The notes beneath the pieces were generated by a model. The model was not told the DNA's origin, did no database searches, and saw nothing but the letters and a program-made list of their open reading frames with translations. A DNA stretch of 24,669 nt, taken from positions 1-24,669 of IMG/VR virus record IMGVR_UViG_3300020220_000310. One strand, 5' to 3'. Positions 17,992-24,669 of this stretch are shown piece by piece (within the stretch, counting starts at the first letter, position 1; the number at the start of each line of letters is the position of its first letter). The DNA is from a virus (lineage: Duplodnaviria; Caudoviricetes). The position numbers were made by a program, and so were the translations under genes.

Positions 17992-18915
17992 ATGCAATTA
18001 GATCTGCAAAAACATAATACATTTCAAAAAGTTGAAGACATCCAAATACCTGATATTTTTTATCGTAAGATGAAATCGGGTATAAATGAGATTGATAATT
18101 TATTTACAGATGGATTTTTACCAGGTGGTGCATTTACATTAACAGCAGCTCCTGGATGTGGTAAAACAACGTTAATGTTGCAAATATTAAACGGTCTATC
18201 AGACAATTACAATGTCGGGTATGCTACAGGTGAAGAAAATATTTTTCAGCTAGCATATACATCAACAAGAATAAATTGTACAAAAGTACCAATTGCAAAT
18301 ATAACAGATGTCGACTTGTTGATCGAAAAAACAAAGAACCTTGATTTTCTCGTTATTGATTCATTTCAATCATTAACAACATCTTCTAAATTTAATTCAA
18401 GAGAAAAGGAACAATATTGCGTTCAAGAAATAGTTAAAGCTGCTAAAACAAACGAATGCGCAATTTGTTTTATAGTTCATTTAACTAAGACAGGTGTTAT
18501 GAAAGGTAGCACTCTATTACCACACACTGTAGATGCTAATTTAGAGATTGTTCCAATGGAAGGTTATGAAAATGATGGTGGTCGCACAATATTTTTCAGT
18601 AAAAACCGATACGGTCCATGCAACATCTTGAATGCGTTTATAACACTCAATGGTTACGATTTCACAATAAAGAAGGAAACTAATGAAGAAGCAATGTCTG
18701 TAAAGAGTAAAAAGAAGAATAAACTATATACTGCAATTCTAAATATGACTGGTGAAATTACAGTATCAAGAATTGTTGATAATATTGATGTAAATGTTAT
18801 TAAAGCTAATACGTTATTGAGAGAACTCACACAATTAGGTAAGATTGTAAAAATTGGAAGAGGTAATGATGCAACATGGAAGATTGTTGAACAGGTGGTA
18901 AATATCGATGTATGA
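17992..18915 (+). CDS. RadA/Sms-like RecA-family ATPase lacking the zinc finger and Lon-like domain, with probable C-terminal winged helix
   Basis: SGINEIDNLF.DGFLPG, Walker A AAPGCGKTT, YATGEE, Walker B LVIDSFQ, HLTK.G, H.VD and KNRYG (equivalent to KNRFG). Confidence 0.85.
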   Translation: MQLDLQKHNTFQKVEDIQIPDIFYRKMKSGINEIDNLFTDGFLPGGAFTLTAAPGCGKTTLMLQILNGLSDNYNVGYATGEENIFQLAYTSTRINCTKVPIANITDVDLLIEKTKNLDFLVIDSFQSLTTSSKFNSREKEQYCVQEIVKAAKTNECAICFIVHLTKTGVMKGSTLLPHTVDANLEIVPMEGYENDGGRTIFFSKNRYGPCNILNAFITLNGYDFTIKKETNEEAMSVKSKKKNKLYTAILNMTGEITVSRIVDNIDVNVIKANTLLRELTQLGKIVKIGRGNDATWKIVEQVVNIDV

Positions 18916-19142
18916 GTAACATGTCGAACCCAATCCAGAAGGAAGCTTTATTGCGATCAGTATCTGTGGAGTGGGTTAATAACGGTAACCCACAGTTTGT
19001 TACACTCACAGAGTGGGGTAATAAAGAAGGTGCTGATTTTGTGTCTCATAATCTAGCAAGTATCCAGCTAACTAACCAGCAACTTATTGCTTTAGTTAAT
19101 TGCGTGACTAAGATATTAATGTTCAGAAGTAATAATAATTGA
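18912..19142 (+). CDS. Hypothetical phage protein, 76 aa
   Basis: ATGA overlap with the previous stop; TEWGNKEG motif. Confidence 0.6.
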   Translation: MSNMSNPIQKEALLRSVSVEWVNNGNPQFVTLTEWGNKEGADFVSHNLASIQLTNQQLIALVNCVTKILMFRSNNN

Positions 19143-19174
19143 TTTTATTTGGAAACCATATAACATAGACGTGT

Positions 19175-19963
19175 ATGCTCATATCACACGAAGTACCAAT
19201 TGATCTTTTAAACAAGTCGTTAGGTTTTAACGATTACAATTATTGTCTCGTCCATTTATGTGAACTGCATAAAGATTACGAGCTTTTTTATCAAGCATCT
19301 CGTACAAACGGTAAAGAGCTTTTACTTGATAATTCTATATTTGAATTAGGTAAAGCTTTTGATCCAAGCAAATTTGCTCATTATGTCGACAAACTCCGAC
19401 CGACTTATTATGTAATACCTGATTCATTGGAGAATTACGAAGAGACGGTTATCAACTACAAATCTTTTATCACCACATACAAAGATTTACCAGGTGCGAA
19501 GATTGGTGTAGTACAAGGTAAGACTTATGACGAAATGATCAATTGTTATAAGTTTATGTCTGATAATGCAGACTATATTGCATTAAGTTTCGATCTTAGC
19601 CTTTATCAAGTTATAGGTAAAGGTGATAGTAAGTTAAAGAGACAATGTACAGGTAGACAAATGCTTGTTAAGATGTTGTTTGATGATAGTATTATCAATT
19701 ATGATAAACCGCATCATTTACTCGGTTGTTCTCTTGCTAAGGAGTTTTCATGGTATAACCAATTTAATTGTTTTAGATCTTGTGATACATCCAACCCTAT
19801 TGTAGCAGGTATTCTTGGTTATACATACAGTGGTACGTTTGGGTTACAAAACAAACCATCTATTAAGTTAGCTGATTTAATTGAGCATAAAGTCACCGAC
19901 ATTGAATACAATAGAATTGAATACAATGTCAAACAATTTAGAAAAATGGTTAATGGTAATTAA
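19175..19963 (+). CDS. tRNA-guanine transglycosylase (TGT)/DpdA-like TIM-barrel protein, 262 aa
   Basis: Ordered motifs LLDNSIFE, VIPD, GVVQG, HHLLG and SCDTS mirror the TGT/DpdA core; promoter TTGATT-16-TAACAT at 19139-19166. Confidence 0.7.
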   Translation: MLISHEVPIDLLNKSLGFNDYNYCLVHLCELHKDYELFYQASRTNGKELLLDNSIFELGKAFDPSKFAHYVDKLRPTYYVIPDSLENYEETVINYKSFITTYKDLPGAKIGVVQGKTYDEMINCYKFMSDNADYIALSFDLSLYQVIGKGDSKLKRQCTGRQMLVKMLFDDSIINYDKPHHLLGCSLAKEFSWYNQFNCFRSCDTSNPIVAGILGYTYSGTFGLQNKPSIKLADLIEHKVTDIEYNRIEYNVKQFRKMVNGN

Positions 19964-19986
19964 AGACCAGGTATATAAATTCATAT

Positions 19987-20319
19987 GTGACTAATGACCA
20001 ATTAGATGAATATGCAGATTTTTTGCTGAATTATCTAAATGGTACATATGAAGAATATATTATATTTGAACATTTAAGAGATAGTACAGAAATAGATTGG
20101 TATAAATCAGATAAGCTGTTACTAATGTACAATATTGTACAAGATTGTAACAGCTTTTTTATTGAAAAAATTAAAAATCCCGATGATATTAAATTATATA
20201 TTGAGTACGTTAACAATATGTATAACATGTTTAACGAACAAAGTGAGGTAAAAGATTTATTAACACCTCAATTGTTTGTTTTAGGTACAATCTTATCACC
20301 TCTACTTATTTTAGGGTAA
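19987..20319 (+). CDS. Hypothetical protein, 110 aa
   Basis: GTG start; acidic, with a hydrophobic C-terminus; converges on the next gene. Confidence 0.5.
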   Translation: MTNDQLDEYADFLLNYLNGTYEEYIIFEHLRDSTEIDWYKSDKLLLMYNIVQDCNSFFIEKIKNPDDIKLYIEYVNNMYNMFNEQSEVKDLLTPQLFVLGTILSPLLILG

Positions 20320-20677
20320 GAAGATATTTAAGTTTATTGATTTGTGCTAACATTTCATCACGTAGATTATACAAATCAGAATTAGTAGCTGGGTTATATT
20401 CATCTTGTGATAGTAAGTTATTTGTTAAATACTCTACAGTTTTTTCTACAAATTCTGCAACATTACTATCACTATAATCGTAAAGTTTACTTTCGTAACC
20501 ACCACTAAAATTAAAAGTACGACCATATTTACCGATATAAACTTCAACAAACATATCAATGAGATCATTCAATTCATCGTATATTTTGCCAAATGCTTCA
20601 TGCTGAGCAAAACTATTAGTTTGCCAATGGAATAATCTAAGTTGATTTAATATAAAAAGTAAGTTAACTATTTTCAT
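20306..20677 (-). CDS. Dps/ferritin-like four-helix-bundle protein (DUF5856-type), 123 aa
   Basis: LRLFHWQT..FAQHEAF..IYD.L..LID.FVE..IG ferroxidase-like pattern and C-terminal LYNLRDEMLAQINKLKYLLTLK; TAAATA 6 nt upstream. Confidence 0.8.
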   Translation of the reverse strand: MKIVNLLFILNQLRLFHWQTNSFAQHEAFGKIYDELNDLIDMFVEVYIGKYGRTFNFSGGYESKLYDYSDSNVAEFVEKTVEYLTNNLLSQDEYNPATNSDLYNLRDEMLAQINKLKYLLTLK

Positions 20678-20717
20678 TTAAAATATTTATTTTAACACTT
20701 CGAGAAGTAAATATTAT

Positions 20718-20945
20718 ATGATAGGTATGGTAAACATAAAACAAGAAGACATATTTATGGTCAATGACTATAAAGTAGCTATTACTAAAAATGGCACAAC
20801 TGTTTGCTTCTTGAAAGATGTAGCTGATAAAAATTTAGAAATTGAACAGTTTGTTAAAAATACAAGACCTATAGTTAAGTATTTGTACGACGAGGGGTTT
20901 ATAATTAAAAAGTCTGTAAAAGTTTGTATTTTGTCTAACAAATAA
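20718..20945 (+). CDS. Hypothetical protein, 75 aa
   Basis: TAAATA at 20708-20713; YLYDEGFI motif. Confidence 0.6.
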   Translation: MIGMVNIKQEDIFMVNDYKVAITKNGTTVCFLKDVADKNLEIEQFVKNTRPIVKYLYDEGFIIKKSVKVCILSNK

Positions 20946-20946
20946 T

Positions 20947-21675
20947 ATGAGTAAATTCTGTATTTTGGTACCGTATTCCAATAGAATAGAACATAACACT
21001 GACTACGAACTTAGAAGATGCGAATTTAATGGTATCGATGTTAAGCGAATACCAGGTTATTCAGCTATTGACCAGGCCCGCAACCGTATAATTTACGATG
21101 CTTTGCAGGAAGGTTATGAGGGTTTTCTTTGGATTGATAGTGATATTGATTTTAAGTATGAAGATGTTCTTAAAATTAAATCGCGAAATGTAGATTTAAT
21201 CGGTGGAGCATATTCATTTAAAGGTTACCCTCAATTAACCATTCAGCTATTTGATAATCAAAACGTTATATTTGATTGTGAAAACGGTGGTATAGTAGAA
21301 GTGCAAGCTGTTGCAACAGGGTTTATGTATACCACTGCATATCTATATAAAGTCATGCAGGAAAAATTGGAGTTAGAATTGTGCAACACATCTTTTGATG
21401 CCCCCCAAATACCTTTCTATCATCCTAACGTTTGGAGTTATGATAACCAACACTACTATTTAGGTGAAGATTTTTCTTTTTGTTTTAGAGCTAGACAAGC
21501 AGGTTTTAAAGTATTTTTAGATACATCTATTAAATTGGGTCATATAGGTAGTTACACTTATAAATGGGAAGATGTTACCAACCCTTCATATTATAATCCA
21601 GAAAAAGTAATTGGTTTTACATATAGTGAAAAAAATAAAAGTAAGGGTTTAAGTTCTACATTAAATATATCTTGA
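20947..21675 (+). CDS. GT-A fold glycosyltransferase (GT2-like), 242 aa
   Basis: IDQARN, FLWIDSDI (DxD), ATGFM, GEDFSFC.RA..AGFKVFLD...LGHIG. Confidence 0.85.
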   Translation: MSKFCILVPYSNRIEHNTDYELRRCEFNGIDVKRIPGYSAIDQARNRIIYDALQEGYEGFLWIDSDIDFKYEDVLKIKSRNVDLIGGAYSFKGYPQLTIQLFDNQNVIFDCENGGIVEVQAVATGFMYTTAYLYKVMQEKLELELCNTSFDAPQIPFYHPNVWSYDNQHYYLGEDFSFCFRARQAGFKVFLDTSIKLGHIGSYTYKWEDVTNPSYYNPEKVIGFTYSEKNKSKGLSSTLNIS

Positions 21676-21700
21676 TTTCCTTAGTCAAATCGCTTAATAT
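21672..21700 (+). promoter_or_regulatory. Sigma70-like promoter for the tRNA-Thr transcript (TTGATT-17-TAATAT)
   Basis: Canonical spacing, ending 17 nt before the tRNA 5' end. Confidence 0.6.
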
Positions 21701-21717
21701 CTTTGCAAATTAAAAAT

Positions 21718-21803
21718 GCCTAGGTGCCCCGAATGGTAAGGGACCAGTTTTGTAAACTGGCGGCGAAAGCCAACTGCAGGTTCGATTCCTGTCCTAGGCT
21801 CCA
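21718..21803 (+). tRNA. trnT: tRNA-Thr(UGU), 86 nt, with long variable arm and encoded CCA
   Basis: Acceptor GCCTAGG/CCTAGGC plus T-CCA; D arm closed by CCC/GGG; anticodon arm CCAGT-TTTGTAA-ACTGG; variable hairpin GGC-GAAA-GCC; T arm GCAGG-TTCGATT-CCTGT. Confidence 0.85.
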
Positions 21804-21817
21804 ATTTTATAAAATGT

Positions 21818-22081
21818 ATGCGGAATTGCAAATTGTGTAACAACGAAGTAGAGCAAGCTCGAGTTGAAATACTTGATAGTCATATTTGCAGTAAATGTGC
21901 ACCTAACGTTAAGCAGGTAGCAAGAAAAGGTATAATGGTATACGGTCATAAAACTGCAGGTACTGTACAGATTGTATCAGCAGAATCTTTTCAAGATTAT
22001 CGTAAATATGCACCATATGGTCGTAATACTGGTAGAGGATCTGGTATACATAGGGTGACTAAAACAACAAGTTGTATGTAG
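21818..22081 (+). CDS. DksA/TraR-type C4 zinc-finger protein, 87 aa
   Basis: CKLC..EVEQARVEIL...ICSKC matches the CxxC..I...RL.......CxxC finger. Confidence 0.65.
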   Translation: MRNCKLCNNEVEQARVEILDSHICSKCAPNVKQVARKGIMVYGHKTAGTVQIVSAESFQDYRKYAPYGRNTGRGSGIHRVTKTTSCM

Positions 22082-22082
22082 T

Positions 22083-22796
22083 ATGCTTATTAAAAAACAA
22101 GAGTTAAACAATAAAAGATATCGTAAATTAATATCTGAGTATAATAAACTCTTGGATAAGAGGTGGAGCATTGCTTCAGTTAAACTTGACCAACCTATAC
22201 CGCACGGTTACGTTAGATACCTTCAAATTCGCCCTGAGAATCGTTTACGTGGAGATTACAAGGAAATAAAAAAAGCTTTTGATCTTGTCGGTTTCAAATG
22301 TGTTTATAGTAAAACCAAAGATTTTAAAAGAATAAACAGAAAGAAAGAAGTCATACCTGAACTTCATGCATATTTACAATATGTTTTAGATCCAAGGTAT
22401 CGTCTCTTTGCAAGACAATCTAAACGTGAACTCTACGAACAGGCTATAAAAGATTGTGACAACCATCTTAAACTTGTAGAGAGTGCAATTGCATGCAACT
22501 GTTGCATGAGCAAAAAAGAAAAACACTTTACACCCCATTATGAGTTTAGACAGCCATGGCTACTTGAAGAGAAAACTGAACAGAGATGGTTAACCCACTA
22601 TAGACCTATTGATTCAGATATTGAATCAAGATTATCTGAAATTAAATCTATACTTTATAACGAACATGCATGGGAGAAGTTAGGTGGTAGATTTAGAGAT
22701 AAGAGTATGTACGAGGATTATGTATATTTAAAAGGTAAAATTCACGGGTATTTACATGGTTACCCTACACCCCGTATTGATGATATTTACGATTGA
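22083..22796 (+). CDS. Basic hypothetical protein, 237 aa
   Basis: Long Lys/Arg-rich ORF tightly packed between its neighbours; no function recognised. Confidence 0.7.
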   Translation: MLIKKQELNNKRYRKLISEYNKLLDKRWSIASVKLDQPIPHGYVRYLQIRPENRLRGDYKEIKKAFDLVGFKCVYSKTKDFKRINRKKEVIPELHAYLQYVLDPRYRLFARQSKRELYEQAIKDCDNHLKLVESAIACNCCMSKKEKHFTPHYEFRQPWLLEEKTEQRWLTHYRPIDSDIESRLSEIKSILYNEHAWEKLGGRFRDKSMYEDYVYLKGKIHGYLHGYPTPRIDDIYD

Positions 22797-23254
22797 TTAT
22801 GAACGGGAGAAAACGATGTAATTGGATAGAGACTGCAATGCGTTTAGCGCATGATATTGCAGACTATCGAAGCGAAGATCCGAATACTCAAGTAGGTGCC
22901 TGTGCAATTAAACACGATTCAAGTTTATTTCTTGGATATAATGGTGCACCTAGTGATGTGGAGATTAACTGGAATGACCGAGAGGGTAAACGTAAGCGTG
23001 TGATACATGCTGAAGCTAACGTTTTGAATTTTGTCAAACCAGGTGAAGTAAAGATACTAGCCGTTACCCATTTACCGTGTATAGAGTGTTTGAAAATTAT
23101 TAAACAGAAAAAAATTGATACTGTTTATTTTTGTAGAACATTAGAAAATTATCAACCAGATGAGGTTTATAAGATAGCAACTGAATTTTCAATAAAATTG
23201 GTTCAAGTTTTTCTTGAACCATCTACAAATACACATACTATATATAGGTTATGA
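22793..23254 (+). CDS. dCMP deaminase (start may be ATG 22799)
   Basis: RSEDP.TQVGA, GYNG, HAEAN and PCIEC zinc motifs. Confidence 0.92.
   Translation: MIMNGRKRCNWIETAMRLAHDIADYRSEDPNTQVGACAIKHDSSLFLGYNGAPSDVEINWNDREGKRKRVIHAEANVLNFVKPGEVKILAVTHLPCIECLKIIKQKKIDTVYFCRTLENYQPDEVYKIATEFSIKLVQVFLEPSTNTHTIYRL
23214..23241 (+). promoter_or_regulatory. Sigma70-like promoter for the ligase (TTGAAC-16-TACTAT) inside the deaminase 3' end
   Basis: The -35 is one arm of the inverted repeat GGTTCAAG-TTTTT-CTTGAACC (23200-23220). Confidence 0.55.
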
Positions 23255-24348
23255 AATTACCTATCTTGTACTCTCGTACCAATACGGGAGCTATACAGAC
23301 ATGGACGATTGAGATCCATGAAAATAAATACAGAACACATTATGGTCAGTTAGATGGAGCTATCCAAACAACAGAGTGGACTGTATGCAAAGGTAAAAAC
23401 GTAGGTAAAGCTAACGGTACCACAGATAATGAACAGGCCTATAAAGATGCCCAAGCTTTATGGAAAAAGAAAAAAGCAAGTGGTTGCTTTGATCATATTA
23501 AAGATATTGATAATTTTACTTTTACTGAGCCTATGCTTGCTAAACAGTATGAGGATTATGCAGATGATCTAAGATACCCTTTATATAGTCAACCTAAGTT
23601 AGATGGTATTCGTTGCTTGGTGAAAAAAGATGGTATGTGGAGCCGTAATGGTAAACCTATTATTTCTGCACCGCATATTTTAGATGAATTAAAAGATTAC
23701 TTCGACAAACACCCTAACACAATTTTAGATGGTGAGCTTTATTGTGATAGATTATCACATGATTTTAATAAAATTTGCTCGCTAGTAAAAAAGACTGTAC
23801 CTACAGTAAAAGATTTTCAAGAGAGCGCTGAAACAATACAGTATTGGATATACGATATAGTAGATTCAAAACTTAACTTTGAAGATAGATACACTCAATT
23901 TGAAAGTATAACACCAACAAAGAGTATTCGCAAAGTACCTACAACTTTAGCGTATACGACCAATCAATTAAATTCTTTATATGAAGAATACGTTGAAAAG
24001 GGGTATGAAGGTCAGATGGCACGTTTGAATAGACCTTACGAAAACAAAAGAAGTAAGTATTTACTTAAACGTAAAGAATTTAAAGATTCTGAATTTACTA
24101 TTCTCGGTATTTTTGAAGGGGAAGGTAACAAGACAGGTATGGCTGGTTACATGACTTTTAAAAATCATAAAGGTATAGAATTTAGAAGTAACATTAAGGG
24201 TGATCGTGAATACCTTAAAGAGCTTTGGAAGAATAAGGATAAATATATTGGTAGAAGTGCTACTGTAAAATATTTTAACCTCACACCAGGTGATGAGGTA
24301 CCAAGATTTCCATACGTTATTAATATTGATAGGGAAAGTTACGAATAA
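23251..24348 (+). CDS. lig: ATP-dependent DNA ligase with N-terminal extension (WGR-like), 365 aa
   Basis: PMLA, QPKLDGIR (motif I), LDGELY, YWIYD, YEGQMAR, LLKRK, PRFP (motif VI). Confidence 0.93.
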   Translation: MKLPILYSRTNTGAIQTWTIEIHENKYRTHYGQLDGAIQTTEWTVCKGKNVGKANGTTDNEQAYKDAQALWKKKKASGCFDHIKDIDNFTFTEPMLAKQYEDYADDLRYPLYSQPKLDGIRCLVKKDGMWSRNGKPIISAPHILDELKDYFDKHPNTILDGELYCDRLSHDFNKICSLVKKTVPTVKDFQESAETIQYWIYDIVDSKLNFEDRYTQFESITPTKSIRKVPTTLAYTTNQLNSLYEEYVEKGYEGQMARLNRPYENKRSKYLLKRKEFKDSEFTILGIFEGEGNKTGMAGYMTFKNHKGIEFRSNIKGDREYLKELWKNKDKYIGRSATVKYFNLTPGDEVPRFPYVINIDRESYE

Positions 24349-24366
24349 AAAATATTAAAAAAGTTC

Positions 24367-24395
24367 TTGAATTCAAAAAGGAACTTGTATAATAT
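24367..24395 (+). promoter_or_regulatory. Sigma70-like promoter for the tRNA-Leu transcript (TTGAAT...TATAAT/TAATAT)
   Basis: TTGAAT at 24367-24372; TATAAT at 24388-24393 (15-nt spacer) or TAATAT at 24390-24395 (17-nt spacer). Confidence 0.6.
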
Positions 24396-24446
24396 CTTGG
24401 TAGTTAATAAGAACATTATTTGTTCTTAAGTTCTTTAATAATTTTA

Positions 24447-24480
24447 GCCTAAGTGGCGAAATGGCAGACGCAGCAGACTT
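24447..24480 (+). tRNA. trnL: 5' exon of an intron-containing tRNA-Leu (anticodon starts with U; probably UAA)
   Basis: GCCTAAG-TG-GCG-AAATGGCAGA-CGC-A-GCAGA-CTT: Leu-type D arm, interrupted right after U34; the 3' exon is outside the window. Confidence 0.8.
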
Positions 24481-24669
24481 AGTTTTTGAGTGCACTGAAG
24501 GAAACTTCGGATGTAGAACCAATCAAATTCGGGGAAACCTTAGCTGGCAATCCCGAGCCAAGCCTACTAAATAGGAAGGTGTAGAGACTAGACGGTTGGA
24601 ACCTAAAATCGTGAGATTATGGTTAAGGTATAGTCCAGACCACGAACTGTAAAGGTAGTGAAAACTATA
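24481..24669 (+). ncRNA. Group I self-splicing intron (IC3-like, tRNA type), truncated at window end
   Basis: P1 ACTTA/TGAGT with a U.G pair at the splice site; CTGAAG-GAAA-CTTCGG hairpin; P3 CCAATC/GGTTGG; P AAATTCGGGGAA; Q AATCCCGAGC; R GTAGAGACTA; S with TAGTC (P7); P9-like TAGT-GAAA-ACTA. Confidence 0.9.

Noticed and set aside
21718-21803. Calling the tRNA as Tyr(GUA)
   Set aside because: The 5-bp stem CCAGT/ACTGG centres the 7-nt loop on UGU, and the acceptor end with U73 does not fit bacterial Tyr identity (A73).
113-22171. Short antisense or nested ORFs (113-397, 416-844, 787-972, 1427-1630, 2674-3000, 3437-3625, 4510-4767, 5573-5767, 6290-6544, 17629-17820, 18827-19009, 20031-20228, 21977-22171)
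   Set aside because: They lie opposite better-supported genes and show no motifs or dedicated expression signals.
17978-23229. Identical 13-mer AACCATCTACAAA upstream of the RadA-like gene (17978-17990) and the ligase (23217-23229)
   Set aside because: It sits at different positions relative to the two promoters, and 13-mer duplicates are expected by chance in 25 kb of AT-rich DNA.
1-24669. Alternative genetic code (stop-codon reassignment) as seen in some large phages
   Set aside because: Conserved genes are intact and densely packed under the standard code, and TAA, TGA and TAG all appear to end genes.
24650-24669. Start of a homing endonuclease ORF (GTGAAAACTATA) in the intron
   Set aside because: Better explained as the P9-like TAGT-GAAA-ACTA tetraloop hairpin; too little sequence remains to support an ORF.

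Overview
AT-rich 24.7 kb segment of a large T4-like (contractile-tailed) dsDNA phage; no host housekeeping genes are visible, and the standard genetic code gives long, tightly packed ORFs. The left and middle parts (1-16146) form a baseplate/tail module: gp53-like C-terminus, hub-like protein, gp25, gp6, PKD-containing and very large tail-associated proteins, and a lectin-domain protein with a Thr-alternating stalk. Interleaved with these are a dUTPase, a GT-A glycosyltransferase, a clamp-loader ATPase and a probable gp16-like small terminase. The right part holds replication/accessory genes (SprT-like protease, truncated RadA/Sms-like ATPase, TGT/DpdA-like transglycosylase, Dps/ferritin-like protein, second glycosyltransferase, DksA/TraR-type zinc finger, dCMP deaminase, ATP-dependent ligase) and two tRNA genes: a tRNA-Thr(UGU) with an unusual class II body and a tRNA-Leu split by a group I intron that runs off the window end. 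Two promoter classes are visible: sigma70-like TTGA..TAnnnT, and a late-type TAAATA 4-7 nt before start codons, suggesting leaderless mRNAs. The most interesting hypothesis is a phage-encoded virion glycosylation system: two glycosyltransferases, an enriched L-S-[A/G] motif in four tail-associated proteins, a mucin-like Thr stalk and an unannotated 36-aa Thr/Ser/Lys late peptide. All protein calls come from motif recognition by eye, not database searches.
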